Under the pieces are notes generated by a model. The model worked only from the letters and a program-made list of their open reading frames with translations, ran no database searches and was not told the DNA's origin. This document shows, piece after piece, positions 41,730 to 58,289 of a stretch of DNA of 64,000 bases (position 1 is the stretch's first letter; every line of letters starts with the position of its first letter). Origin of the DNA: Octopus vulgaris (Eukaryota). The stretch is from assembly GCA_951406725.2 (NCBI GenBank), contig OX597835.1, positions 31,124,001-31,188,000 of the forward strand, written 5' to 3'. Both the position numbers and the translations under genes were made by a program.

Positions 41730-43520
41730 ATTGTGTTTTTTCCTACTTTTCTCCGTGTGCATTGTATTTATTCATTATTGTTCAATTGTTTATTCGCAGG
41801 TCTTTTAACCGTTTTCGTTACTGTGTCTTGGATTATGTATTACAAATATGGGTGTCCATGCTTGTGTGTGTGTATGTGTTTAAGCGCGTGTGTGTGTGCA
41901 CGTGTGTGTTCCTCTGTGAGTGTTTGCTTTGACTTTTGTTTATTGTTGTTTTTGGTGGTGTTAGAATTTTGTTTCATTGTTCATCCAATCTGGCAACATT
42001 TTATTATTTTGTTGATTCCGTTTAATTTAATTGTCGTTAATTTATATCGTTTTTCTGTGTGACAAAAAATAAAAAGCGACTCAATATTTTCACTCAGCTA
42101 GTCTTCCATGTTTAAATGAAATTTTTTTTAGTTGTTGTTGTTGTAGCTGTTATTGCTGTGGTTGTAGTTGTATTTCAGTAATGAGTGACTCACCTAAAAT
42201 AAGAGAAAATCTATCGCTGAGTAAATACAATTCAAACATAAGGAGCGTTCCACCAATGTTTCGAGACGCGGCCTTTTCTGTTTTAATGACCAGCACTCAC
42301 TGTCCAATTACAAAAGATTTTGAACATTCTAATTAATTCTGTTGCGAAGTCTGTGGAAAAATCTTTTCACTTCTTCAAAATTTCAACAAGTTCATCAAAT
42401 TATACAGATTTAATATCAGAAACTGTTAAATTATTGCTGTCGTTTCGTTTAGGTCAGCCCTGATAGAGCAGACGATAGGGCAGACGCAGCTATGGTCAAA
42501 GATATTCCAATCATTGACCGTTCTGTCTGTTCCCCAAAAACATTGTACATGGTACCACGTTATACAATTAACACTGTAAAATCTGATTTCAGGGAGATTT
42601 GACTGTTATTTCTAGCAGAAAGAGCGACCCTGCACAGTCTCCTATGCTTGCTGTTTTTTTCTTGTTGCTGTTAATGTTGTTGTTGTTGTTGTTGTTTTTT
42701 GTTGTTGTTCTTGTCATGGTTTCCGTTGTGTTTCGCCTATGCAATCTTTTCGAATGCTCATATTTGTGATAATTACATTCTCAGAGGCTTTATTAATTAA
42801 ATATTTAATTATAATCATCGATAAATATGTTTTATTTGATTGTCATAATTTTGTGTTTAAAATGTTCATAGGTTTTGGTAATGCTGCTGTTATGGCTATG
42901 CTCGTGATGATGATGTTACCCCTGCTGCTTCTACTGCTGCTACTGCTGCTGTTCCTGCTATTAATGTTGTTGTTGTTGTTGTTCGTGTTGTCATTACACT
43001 TCCTTGAATTGTGGTTGTTACTATTGTTGTTGTTTTGCAAAGTTCTTCCATTGGATTTCAATATTTTGCTTTCTCAAATATAAATTCTTCTTGAAATTGT
43101 TTCGTTTTGTTCTATTTTATTATTATTATCATTATCATTATTAATTAATTATTTAATTAACGAAAACGTCAATATAAAATTGAAAAAAAAAAACATTAAA
43201 AAGAACTGAAAAACAATGAAAAACTGAAGACACAGGATAGTTCCTTGTTTTTGTTATTGTTGTGGATGTTGTTGTGCTTGAAATTTCTATTTGTATTTGT
43301 CATTTTTCTTTCTTTTTTTTTTGTTGATCATTTGTAAATGTAAGGGTGTATATGCATGTGTATGAATATGTATACATTTGTGATGTATTACTTTTTATTC
43401 TTTATTCTCTTTCTTTCTCTGTCTCTCTTTTATAATTTTCTTTACAGTTTTATTTAAATTTATATTTTTCCATTTTGTAAGTATTTTTTCCCTCTTATTT
43501 CTGTCTGTCCTTTAACCATT
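40600..43520 (-). other. Probable long 3'UTR of the NK1 gene with candidate polyadenylation signal AATAAA at 40643-40638
   Basis: Nearly free of the SINE/LINE copies that fill the rest of the window. Plus-strand tttatt at 40638-40643 is followed on the minus strand by a U-rich tract (plus-strand A-rich 40540-40590). Other AATAAA hexamers exist, so the true end is uncertain. Confidence 0.4.
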
Positions 43521-44500
<980 letters not shown>

Positions 44501-44618
44501 AAACATTTCGCACGACTGTAATGATGATGATGATGTTGATGATGATGGTGATGATGAGGAGTAGGGGGAAGCTGATGATGATAATGACGATGATGATGAT
44601 GATAATAATAAAAATAGC

Positions 44619-44696
<78 letters not shown>

Positions 44697-45388
44697 CGTG
44701 AATACCAAAGGTGGCATGACAATGTGGCAAGAGTAATCCATTGGGAGCTCTGTGGCAAATTATGATCTAGAAAGCTCAAAGACGTGGTTTGACCAAATTC
44801 CAGAAGGATTTACTGAGAATGAGAATTGCAAAATCCTATGGGATCCAATGATTCGTCGTGACCATCAGATTAGACAACGAAAGCTTGACATTGTTTTTGG
44901 TGAACAAAAAGGAACAAAAAATAATAAAAAAACATGCCTGACAACCGATATGGCGGATCCTGGTGACAATAGGATCGAAGAGAAAGAAGTAAAAGTGAAC
45001 GTCTCTACGCTAAAGTGAAGTGGGGAATAGACAGGTTTTACGTAATGAAGAAAGCAGACGTAATATCAATATTTTATTTCCCATTAAGGTGAAGAATGTG
45101 GGGACAGTACAAAGACAGACTTAAATATCGCTCGGAAGTATCACTACCCAACTACCAACGAAAACTCAAAGAGATTGGAACTATTGCAAAGATAGAACAC
45201 CTGCAAAAATCAACATAGGTGCAGGAGTGGCTGTGTGGTAAGTAGCTTGCTTACCAACCACATGCTTCCGGGTTCAGTCCCATTGCGTGGCATCTTGAGC
45301 AAGTGTCTTCTGCTATAGCCTCGGGCCGACCAATGCCTTGTGAGAGGATTTGGTAGACGGAAACTGAAAGAAGCTCGTCGTATATATG

Positions 45389-45435
<47 letters not shown>

Positions 45436-45714
45436 GTGTGTGTGTGTATGTGTTTGTGTGTCTGTGTTTGTCCCACTAGCATTGCTTGACAATCGATACT
45501 GGTGTGTTTACGTCCCCGTCACTTAGCGGTTTGGCATGCCCGCAGTCAAATGACTGAAACAAGTAATAGAGTAAAAGAGAGTATAACTTGGAACTGCAAA
45601 AATTCACTATAGGGTTTTTGAAGAGCATGGCCAGTAAACAAGTGTCACCTTAGTCTGCTGGGGGGCAGCTGACACTTCCCATCATACCCAGCAATTTAAA
45701 CTGTAAGTTTTCAT

Positions 45715-45745
<31 letters not shown>
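44697..45745 (+). mobile_element. Dong/R4-like REL LINE 3' portion, interrupted by a Tx1-like tail (~45072-45120) and a SINE A (45215-45582)
   Basis: EYQRWHDNVARVIHWELCG..YDLESSKTWFDQIPEGFTENENCKILWD..IRRDHQIRQRKLDIV..KTCLTTDMADPGDNRIEEKE...IEHLQK | LGTAKI. Starts directly after (AAT)n and ends in (ATG)n. Confidence 0.85.
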
Positions 45746-45749
<4 letters not shown>

Positions 45750-45759
45750 ACAAATTCAT

Positions 45760-46450
<691 letters not shown>

Positions 46451-46557
46451 TCATGTGCCTAGTGTACCCTTATCAGACGGGTAGTCATGATGGTAATACT
46501 GGACTTCCTATATTTTACCCCAGTGTCACTTTGATGGTATGCACTACTCTCTCACTC

Positions 46558-46605
<48 letters not shown>

Positions 46606-46860
46606 AATCTCCCCTTTTCTAACTCTACCCCCTCTCTCTCTCTCTCTCTCTCTCTTGACTCTCTTACTCTCACGCTAACCATTCTCTTTCCCTCCGTCTC
46701 CTATTCTCAGTCAACCTACCTCTTTCGTTCCTCTTCTCCCCGCCCCTTCTCTCTTTGTGTTTAGCCATGTGTAGTTATTATACGCTTATTTAGTTATGAA
46801 ATTTTACAAATACACTTTTTCAGGGAGACATCCTTTGTGTCCTGTTTTTGATTTTATTTG

Positions 46861-46908
<48 letters not shown>

Positions 46909-47008
46909 GCGAGAATGAAGCAACAAGAATGGATAGGTTTTAGTACAATCGTTTCATACAAGGACAGGTTTTATTAAAAGTTGCAAAAATTACAGCATTA
47001 TTGCTTTT

Positions 47009-47063
<55 letters not shown>

Positions 47064-47066
<3 letters not shown>

Positions 47067-47304
47067 GGAGTAAGCACGTAAATGTAAAACAAGGTGGAAA
47101 AAAGAGTACTCCGATATCAGAGGTAGAGTAATATGCTTTATTTAAAAGCAGTAGAAATATAACAATAGCTGTTACTCAGAGTTTCACGTTCCTATTGGTC
47201 GGACAGTTTCGTAAAAAAAAAAAACTGTCCGACGAACGGAGCGTGAAACTCTGAGTAACAGCTTTTGTTATATTTCTGCATTTCTGCTGCTTTTAAATAA
47301 AGCA
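47064..47304. mobile_element. Inverted pair of Penelope-like ends (family P4), each with a hammerhead motif (47169-47206 -, 47225-47261 +)
   Basis: Inverted repeat 47134-47209 / ~47222-47304. Plus arm CTGT-CCGACGA-ACG-GAG-CGT-GAAAC-TCTGA-GTA-ACAG. Flanked by (TA)n and (CA)n. Confidence 0.8.
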
Positions 47305-47451
47305 CACACACACACATATTATATATATCTTTATATAGGTATGTATGTATATAAATGTACATATATATATACATATATGCATACATATATATACATATAT
47401 ACATAAATACATGTATATATGTATATATATGTATGCATATATGTATATATG

Positions 47452-47483
<32 letters not shown>

Positions 47484-47645
47484 TATAGGTATACATATAT
47501 ATACATATATACATACATATATGCATGTGCACACGCACAAACACACACACTTACATATATATATATATATATATATATGTGTATGTGTGTTTGTGATTAT
47601 ATATATATATATATATATAGTCATATATATACAATTGTGACTATA

Positions 47646-47684
<39 letters not shown>

Positions 47685-48157
47685 GAGTGCGTTTGTGCGT
47701 ATGTATACACATTCCTTCATTAAAGACCATCGTTGTCTAATTTTCTTCTCATACTTCCCCACTTATCCCTCTCTCCCTCCCTCCCTTCTCATATCTCTCA
47801 CCTCTCTTCCCTCTCCTCCCGCCCAATTCCATTTTCCTCCTACTTCTATCCAATTACTCTCTTTTTACACAGCCTATATACGTTTTTCATAATGACACAT
47901 GCTAACTGCTCGCATTTTAATTGAACATAAACAAACGAATCCAGCGGAAAAAGTAACACGGTACCGCAAACGAAAATACACATGCACATATATTGTATAC
48001 GTAATTAAATGTATATATATATATGTATGTAACACACACAAACACACACATAGAATATATACATTATATATATATTGAGAGAGAGAGAGAGAGTGAAAGA
48101 TATATATACATATATATATATATATATAAGAGATATGTGTGTATATATATATCTATC

Positions 48158-48191
<34 letters not shown>

Positions 48192-48224
48192 TATATACAG
48201 GCTCACACATAAACACATATATAA

Positions 48225-48285
<61 letters not shown>

Positions 48286-48523
48286 TATATGTATATATAT
48301 ATATGTATGTATGCATGCATATATGCATGTATATGCATGTATAATTGTATATGTGTGTACATATACACATATATATAAATGTATGTAAATATAATTATAA
48401 ATACGAACATATTTACATATTTAACCGTATTTTAATATGAGTGTATGTAAATCAGAGGTTCTTTCTCATCATTCTCTCTCCTCTCTCTGCCACAATCTCT
48501 CTATACGCATATATGAATGCATG

Positions 48524-48615
<92 letters not shown>

Positions 48616-48660
48616 ATGTATATATATATATACGCATTTCGCATGCTATATATATATATA

Positions 48661-48695
<35 letters not shown>

Positions 48696-49206
48696 TACTA
48701 TGCATATATATGTGTGTGTGCGTATCTTCATATATATACACAAATATAACCAGGCATACATTTATAGATATATGCATGTATTCACATGTATACATACGTA
48801 TACATGTATGTGAATGCAGACAATGTGTATATTTATAATACACACACATACATATATATATATAAATGTATACATATATGTATGTTTATATATATCTATC
48901 AGTGTATTTATCATATATACATATGAAGTGTGTGCGTGTGCGTTTGTATGTATGCACGCATGTATAAACATGTGTGTCTATGTATTGGCATTATTCGTAT
49001 GTAATTATGACTATATTTACGTACATTCTAATGAATATCTGTACACACACATTCACACACACACACAAACGCATACACGTGCAAACACACACACACACAG
49101 ACATATGAGAGGCAGTTAAATAATGGGATGTTGAAAATACATCAGTTAAGACAAATGACAAAAGGCAGAGCAGAACTATTCCGCAGCAGCAGCAGCAGCA
49201 GTAGCT

Positions 49207-49298
<92 letters not shown>

Positions 49299-49409
49299 TA
49301 AATGAAGTGTTGTTGGTGTAGATCTCGTTGTTGTTGTTGTCGTTGTTGCTGCTGCTACTGCTGTTGTTGACAGTGATGATGATGTTGTGTCCGATCGGCA
49401 GTCATTGTG

Positions 49410-49480
49410 AGGTGCTGACATCTCTATTTAAACAGGAAGTAAGGTGATGATTTCTACTTCCGACGGAAGTATAAACTGAA
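49410..49480. promoter_or_regulatory. Candidate intronic enhancer with clustered ETS motifs
   Basis: acaggaagt (49432-49440) and the perfect palindrome tacttccg-a-cggaagta (49455-49471) in unique sequence. Motif evidence only. Confidence 0.3.
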
Positions 49481-49617
49481 TAATGATATCATCATCATCA
49501 TCATCATCATCGTCATCATCATTAGAAATATATATGTATTCATGTATTTATATATAGACATATTTATACATCTATTATATACACCTTTCCTATATCCATC
49601 CTTGTGCATGTATATAT

Positions 49618-49656
<39 letters not shown>

Positions 49657-50032
49657 CCACATACACACACACATACACACACGCGTACACACAGAAATAT
49701 ATGTATATACATACATATATATATATATATATATAAACACACATATACACACACGCACGCGCTCACACACTCACTCCCAATGTGCCTCAATGAGATGACG
49801 TATTTTTAATAAACAGTCCCTTTCCTTAATAAATGTGTTTGTTCAAATCCTAGTAAATTATGTTCATTCTTTGGCTTACATTTTTTATGCACGCATATAC
49901 ATACCTCCATATATACATGCATCCATACAAACTTACATACATGCAAGCATACATGCATGTATATATGCATGCATACATGCATATATACATACATATACAT
50001 ACCTATATAAATATGTATATTTATATATATGC

Positions 50033-50111
<79 letters not shown>

Positions 50112-50206
50112 TAATCCAAACGGGAAAACAGAAAAAACAACAACACGTGGAACAATTACAGTATTATTATTAATAGGCGCTCAGGAAAATGGAAGAAGGA
50201 GGGTAT

Positions 50207-50273
<67 letters not shown>

Positions 50274-50339
50274 TATATGGGTTTGTTAATGGTTATGTTA
50301 GACAAAATTTGACTAAAAGTACGTCCTATATTTACACAG

Positions 50340-50385
<46 letters not shown>

Positions 50386-50579
50386 CACTTTGTTCTCCAC
50401 CACAGCTTGAGACCGGTGTTATTGTGGTTATGTCCTCGTCACAAGCATATCGGCAAAAGTAAGTACCAGGATTAAAAACACAAAAGACTGTAGTCGATTC
50501 ATTCGACAACAAGGTTTCATCAAGTCTGTGACCCAGCATGGCCGCAGTCCAATGAGTGAAAGAAATGAAAGATAAATGA

Positions 50580-50624
<45 letters not shown>

Positions 50625-50625
50625 C

Positions 50626-50695
<70 letters not shown>

Positions 50696-50904
50696 GTATG
50701 CATGTATGCATCTATGTATGAATATACGAGTCGCACGCACCAGCTTACATATATATTATATAACATATACATATACAAGTGAATCCCTGCTTGATTTCCG
50801 TGCTTGGATTACTGCCTCTCTCTGTATATATACATATATGGTTAGGTATTCATATATGCATAATAATAACTATATATGTGTGCCTTCATATATGAAAAAA
50901 ACTT

Positions 50905-51140
50905 GCCTAAACATACACAAAGAGCAAGAATACATACACGTGCAAACACAACAACGCGAGGACGTGGAACAAGCATAGTGTTACTGGACACTCAGGAAAG
51001 GAAAGAAAGAACGACGACTTAACGCTTCGAGCGAAGCTCTTCGTCAGAAACATAGGAAAAGAAGAAATCGAAGGGAGGGAAGACGGGGGAAAAATCGCCA
51101 ACGGTCACATTTTGAATCACAGTTTGGTCACATTTTGAAT
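50905..51140 (-). mobile_element. Short Penelope-like end (family P3) with minimal hammerhead at 51017-51051
   Basis: Minus strand GTTT-CTGACGA-A-GAGC-TTC-GCTC-GAAGC-GTT-AAGT. A shorter related fragment lies at 50107-50205. Confidence 0.7.
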
Positions 51141-51449
51141 ATATATATATATATATATTCCTTGTGACTGGCCAAATTGGTGCAACCTCGAGTATAACCA
51201 GCCGAAATTGCAAAATTGCAAAGATAATCTCAACTGAGGGTAGAAAACTCCGAATGACCCGTCCTTGTTTTCCTTGTATCATCTGTTTGGATGTTTTGTT
51301 GTCCCTTTTTTGTATCACCTAACTGTCTGGATGTTTTGCGTTCTTATTCCATTTTTGCATTTTTTATATATAAAATAAAGCAGCGTACGTACACTTTGGT
51401 CTCTTGTATGTCAGTATATATATACATATATACACATATATATATATGA

Positions 51450-51481
<32 letters not shown>

Positions 51482-51636
51482 GGAGATTAATAGATAGGTA
51501 AATAGATACACATGTTTATATAGATATAAATCTACGTTTTAATATAAATGCATTTTGTCAAATGAATACACTTGTAATTGGACGAACATTTCCGCATCAT
51601 CCTTTATGTGTGTACCTGTGTGTGTGTATGTATGTA

Positions 51637-51674
<38 letters not shown>

Positions 51675-52439
51675 AGTGTATTTCTATATATCGACGAAAA
51701 AAAATAGTATCCGTATAATAACAATTGTCTTTCCATTTCCAATAATTTTAATTCCTGTGGTTTCTACACAAACATACGAATACATGGCACTGCATACATA
51801 TATGTACATATAAATACATATATGTTTGCATACATACACACACATCTATATTTATATACACAGACACACGCATACATATGTGTGTCAGTGTATCCATGCA
51901 TAAACCCCCGCCACACACAGGATATTCATATTCACCTCATTTGATTTCATATATTCCCTAATTGTTGCCTATTACGATACGATTTAGTTTAGTTATTATT
52001 ATTCGCTTTAGTCTGCGAAATTGTTAAAATACATAACAACACGCATCAAAACGTAAGACATACAACATATAGTATAGAAATACAAAATATGTATAACACG
52101 AAAGAAAGAAAAAAAGTTTAAAAAAAAAAAGAACCAAACCCCTCCCCAAAAATATACAATATAAAATTGTGAAATATAAAATATATCGTATGAATTCATC
52201 GGCCGCCAACAACGCGTAGGAAAATAAATAGACATAAAATTTTTAAACGAAATATTTCAGTAGTTCTAATCATTTGGAAAATTGGATTAAACACCTTATA
52301 ATAGATAACAGCAATTATATTAAATGTAGTAATATTTATATAAAATTGAACCGAAGGAGAGTGTATGTATGTATGTATGTATGTATGTATGTATTTATGT
52401 ATGTATGTATGTATGTATGTATGTATGTATGTATGTATG

Positions 52440-52484
<45 letters not shown>

Positions 52485-52621
52485 GTATATATGTATATAT
52501 AGGAAAAATTTGACTGTAAAGAGATATAAAATAATAATGAATTTTGTATATATGTGTGTATAAACGGACAGTGAAGGTGAGGGAGGCTTGCGTGTATAGT
52601 TTTAAAATTTTTGATTATTTC

Positions 52622-52693
<72 letters not shown>

Positions 52694-53204
52694 GCATACA
52701 TATCTAAATACATAAACGCGTATACTATACAATATAATTGCATATATGTACATATACATATGTATGCATGTACAAATATATATATATATTTGCCAAAAAT
52801 TAATCTATATGCGTGTGTTTTTGTGTGTGAGAAAGAGAGACCGTGTGTATATGCATGTGTGTGTGTGTGTGTGTGTGTGCCTTGCTGGTTCTCTATCTGT
52901 GTATGTATGTGTGTGTATATGTATAATAGAATGATGTTCTCCGCAAATGTGAGCAAACGCATGGCTTCCGCTAATAGATATATAATTATGTAGTGATATT
53001 CGCACATAGTACCACTTGCATACATGCACTTGCATCTATGTAAACGTGTGTGTGTGTATGTGTTTCTTTGTGTATGTGCGCACGTGTGTGTGTATGTGTG
53101 TGTGCGTCTGATTATCCAAAGGTGGTGGATATCTATACATATATGAAAAGGTATGTGAGTATATATGCTATGTAAATGTGTGCGGAGAATATGCGTGAAA
53201 AAAT

Positions 53205-53245
<41 letters not shown>

Positions 53246-53260
53246 TAGATAGATAGATAA

Positions 53261-53322
<62 letters not shown>

Positions 53323-53364
53323 GGATGTATAGATAGACAGACAGATAGACAGATAGACAGACAT

Positions 53365-53456
<92 letters not shown>

Positions 53457-54957
53457 GTTCGAAATTCGCAGCCTAACTTAATTACACAGAAAATATTGTT
53501 AGAAAGAGATGAGCAAACTGAGAGATAGTATGGATAAACGAAATGGAAGATTCTGAGAATGAAAGGATGGTAGATAGGACTGGATAATAACTAAAAAGAA
53601 AAAGACAAAAAACAAAAAGAAGGAATGAAGCAAAAATATGAAGATTTTCTGTAACCTTTGACCGTAGAAATATATCAAGCGAAACGTATTCTGCTATTGG
53701 AAATTATCTACTTAGCGGAATCTGATCATAAACTGAAATGTTGTACTTAAAATGGATGATCCAGGCCTTGAGTTAATCGCTATGATGAAAGAAACAATTT
53801 ATCAAATATGTATATAGTGTATAGTTCTCTTAGAAATGTGTCTGCTGCGTATATTTATATGAGTATATATATGCATATATACATACATACATATATATAT
53901 ATACATATATATATATATGTATATACATATATATATATATAAATATATATATATGTATGTATGTATCTATATATGTGTGTATGTGTGTATGTACATATAT
54001 ATACATATATATATATATGGGTGTGTGTGTACGTGGGTGGCTATATGTATCTGTGTATGTATTTACATATGTTTGAGTTTGTATGTCCGTTTAGACATAC
54101 CTATATGCCTCTATGTGTGTATGTGTGAATGCTTCTATATACATACATCCATATATACATACGAACTCACACCCATATGCATACACACACACACACGCAT
54201 ATATGTATGTATATATATAAATCTATATACATATGTATATATTATATATGTATATATATATATATACATACACACACATATTTACATTTATGCATACAAT
54301 AAAAATGTGTCTCAATAAAATAAAATAAAAATGGCATACAAACTTTCAGTAACTCAAAAAATATGCAATTATTTCCCTTCGCAATAAATATATATATATA
54401 TATTTGTTTGTTTAATTTTATTTTTTGAGTTATATATTTCTCAAATCGGTTGTTAAATATTGCTAATATAAGCGCCATTATATCGTAGCAGCGGCCATGT
54501 TTAAATGGCGGCCTTTTGTAAACATCCAGTCTATATAAAACGAAAGATGATTGGAAAAGACAAAAAAAAAATCTTGAAATATCTACGTCAAGGAAGAAAT
54601 GTTATTATGAGTGCCGCATACGTGGCCGTTCTATTTGCTAGAAATAGTTAATAAATTTACTGTATCGCCCCGTATCGTCTGATTCATGGAAGGGCAATTT
54701 AAGTAATTATTTTCTTGTTATAGCATGATTATCGATACTATGAGCAACCCACAAGTCCTAGGGCCAAAACAAAATAAGAAAAGAAAAAAAATGGATAGAA
54801 ATCAAGAAAAATTATATAAGTTAATGATTTATCTAGTTAATATATAGCTTCTGTATGTCCTTTGGATCTTATATTGGAGAGGTAAATCAAGGGAGATAAA
54901 TAGAGAATATGAAACGAACGAAGTGAATTACGTAGGGGAGAAGTATGTTTGTCTATT

Positions 54958-54988
<31 letters not shown>

Positions 54989-55436
54989 ATTTGCGTGTGT
55001 GTGTTTGTTTGTGTGTGTGTATGTGTTGTGTGTATGTGTTGGTGTGTGTATGCATGTGTGTGTATGCATGCGTGTATGTAGATAGTTTAAATGGAGACAG
55101 ATAAATATAAATACAAATATATGGGGACACACATATAATGATGTAAGTAAATATATAGACCATTATTAGATAGGTTGGCAGACAGACAGGCAGACAAACA
55201 CATGAACAGCTAGACGGATGGAGAGACAAGTAACTAAAAAGACAGATGGATAAATAGAGGGTGAGGGAGAGAGAGTGAAGGAGAAAGAGTGAGAGAGAGT
55301 GTGTGTGTGAGACAGACAAGCAGATAGCTAGCTAGATAGATAGAGAGAGAGAGAGATAAAGAGAGAGAGAGAGAGAGAGAGAGTGAGAGACAGACAGACA
55401 GACAGACAGATAGATAGACGGATAGACAGACAGATT

Positions 55437-55528
<92 letters not shown>

Positions 55529-55734
55529 TATAGATAGATAGATAGACAAACAGACAGGCAGATAGATAGTCAGTAAGCGATCAACACATACGTTACAGTG
55601 GTTAAATGCTGTTCAGTTACAAGCCAACATGATAATTTCAGAAGATAAAATGGAGGCTTGGAAGAAACGAAAGGAGACAGAGAGAGAGAATTGCTTTCGC
55701 AAAGCCCCAAAATAAAAATATATAAAATAATAAC

Positions 55735-55738
55735 AATA

Positions 55739-55825
<87 letters not shown>

Positions 55826-55835
55826 AAGAATGATA

Positions 55836-55866
<31 letters not shown>

Positions 55867-55868
55867 TG

Positions 55869-55917
<49 letters not shown>

Positions 55918-55928
55918 TAATAGTGATG

Positions 55929-55979
<51 letters not shown>

Positions 55980-56659
55980 GTAATAATAAAAATAATAATA
56001 ATAATAATAGTAATAATAGTAATAATAATAATGATAATAATAAAGAATAAATAAATAAATAAATAAATAAATAGGACCGTCTTATAAAAGACATTTCAGA
56101 AAAACTCGAAGACAAGGAATATAAAACATGAAAAACATGACACGACAAGGTGAATAATAAGATATAAATTAGAGTAAGTTCTTGCTAACAACAAGATTCA
56201 CAGATGTACGTGATGGCAATATCTTACATAATACTACATGCAGAAATACTGATACTAGAAAGAAGGAAAAAAATGTGTTGAAAGGAGAGAAGAAAAAAAA
56301 AGGCTAACAAAAAATATAGAGAGTCAAAGAAACGAAACGAAACGAAAAATGGATAGAAGCCACGTCTATGTAATAATGGAGGTGAGAATGAGTGTCTGAA
56401 TATGAATTATGGCGAGAGTGAGTGACAGAGTGAGAGAGACAGAGAGAAAGAGGGAGAGCAGGTTAGGGTAGTGGTAGTGGTGGTGGTGGTGGTGGTGTGT
56501 GATCGTGAGGAGAGAAGAGGAAGGAAAAAGAATGTATAAAGATGCATGGATTGATGTTGGGATGGAGGGAGGGAGGGATGTGATGAAAGGGAGTTAAGGA
56601 CGTATGGAAAAGAAAAGAAAAGAAAATATTGAGAAGAAGAAGAAGAAGCAGAAGAAGAA

Positions 56660-56690
<31 letters not shown>

Positions 56691-57077
56691 AAGAAGAAGA
56701 AGAAGAAGAAGAAGAAGAAGAAGAAGAAGAAGAAGAAGAAGAAGAAGAAGAAGAAGAAGAAGAAGAAGAAGAAGAAGAAGAAGAAGAAGAAGGAAGAGGA
56801 GGAGAAGAAGAAGAAGGAAGAGGAGGAGAAGAAGAAGAAGAAGAAGAAGAAAAAGAAGAAGAAAAAGAAGAAGGAGAAGAAGAAGAAGAAGAAGAAGAAG
56901 AAGAAGAAGAGGAGGAAGAAGAACACGAACAAGAACAAGAAGAACAAGAAGAAAACGAAGAAGAAGACGAATAAGAAAACGAAGAAGAAAACGAAGAAGA
57001 TGATGATGATGATGAAATCAATGTTAAAACAACTCAATACAACTAGATGAAAAGTAGATGTAGTCGCTGCTCTTGTC

Positions 57078-57142
<65 letters not shown>

Positions 57143-57180
57143 TGTTGTAGTAGTAGTAGTGGTAGTAGTAGTAGCAGCAA
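55735..57180. repeat. (AAT)n, long (GAA)n (56630-57000) and (GTA)n arrays
   Basis: Direct reading. Confidence 0.9.
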
Positions 57181-57422
57181 TAGCAGCATCAGTCATGTCT
57201 GTTTACGTTTTGTTGTTGTTTAGCCCTAGTCCAGTATTGATTCAATATTAATAGGATCACGGCTTATGTCTAATACATGCTTTCATATATATTTGCATAC
57301 ATGTGTGTGTGTATGTGTGTATATTGTTCTACTACTTTTTCCTAGGTGTGTTTTTGGTGTGATTAGTTTGTGATGTAATGTTGATTGAGAAACGTAGTAT
57401 CTGGTAGACTATGTGTGTTGTA

Positions 57423-57628
57423 TAATGGTGCTCAACCATCTTTTCTGCCTGTGGACCCTTGTGGTTCCCATTTTACTATGGTGGACCTCCATAGCCATTC
57501 AATTCATATGAAAAAAACCTTACTGTATTTTCATAATTAATTATTAGGAATTACATTTTTAAAAAATCAATAATTAAATCTTGTATCGACTCACTACGTG
57601 CCAGATGGTCCCCGGTTGAGTACCACTG
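57423..57628. mobile_element. hAT (Charlie/Tip100-like) MITE remnant
   Basis: Termini taatggtgctcaacc / ggttgagtaccactg resemble the CAGTGGTTCTCAACC hAT TIR. No 8-bp TSD is recognisable. Confidence 0.6.
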
Positions 57629-58257
57629 GCCTAACTGTAATTTCTGGAATAAGATCTTTGTTATAAGTGCTGTGTTACAGCTATAAGTTATCATCTCTGT
57701 TTACTCTGATGTTATTGTAGTAATAATCTGGTGGATTCCCAGGTAGCGTTTATATGTTGAATGCTGTTGACAACACATGATTCAGTAGTACTGCACCAGT
57801 GTCGAAAGCATAATGATATCTGTGTGGCAGCTGATGATGGGCATTCACATTTTTTTATGTTTGACTGTGAATTTCTTATATCTTAGCCTTGTATTCTGAG
57901 TTGCCCTTCATTCTTATGAAGTGGAATATGTTTGTTGATTCATAGTTTGTGGGGGGGAGGGGGTTCACTTACAGTGGTATTATGGGGTTTCCTTCTAAAC
58001 TAATCCTATTAGGCTTGAATGACGCTAAAAGGTTTGTTAGTCAACCATATCGATTCGATTAATTATCTCACCCTGGTTAACCTCGTACCTATTTTATCGC
58101 CCTATCTTTTTCCCCACCTCCACTGTTCGATTACCCGATATACATAAACAACAACACAGTGGTTTTCCTTCTTGATTAGTGAGTAAATACATTGTAAATA
58201 CATGCAAACGTATACAAAAAATACACAAGCATCTATCTAGATACTACACAGACACAG

Positions 58258-58289
<32 letters not shown>

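Noticed and set aside
49176-49421. Minus-strand Ser/Thr/Ala-rich ORF as a possible NK1 first exon
   Set aside because: It ends in a stop, is mostly (TAC)n, and lacks an eh1 motif or a suitable donor.
57825-57880. CTGATGA followed by a possible stem as a hammerhead
   Set aside because: No properly placed GAAA..NUH or helix I was found.
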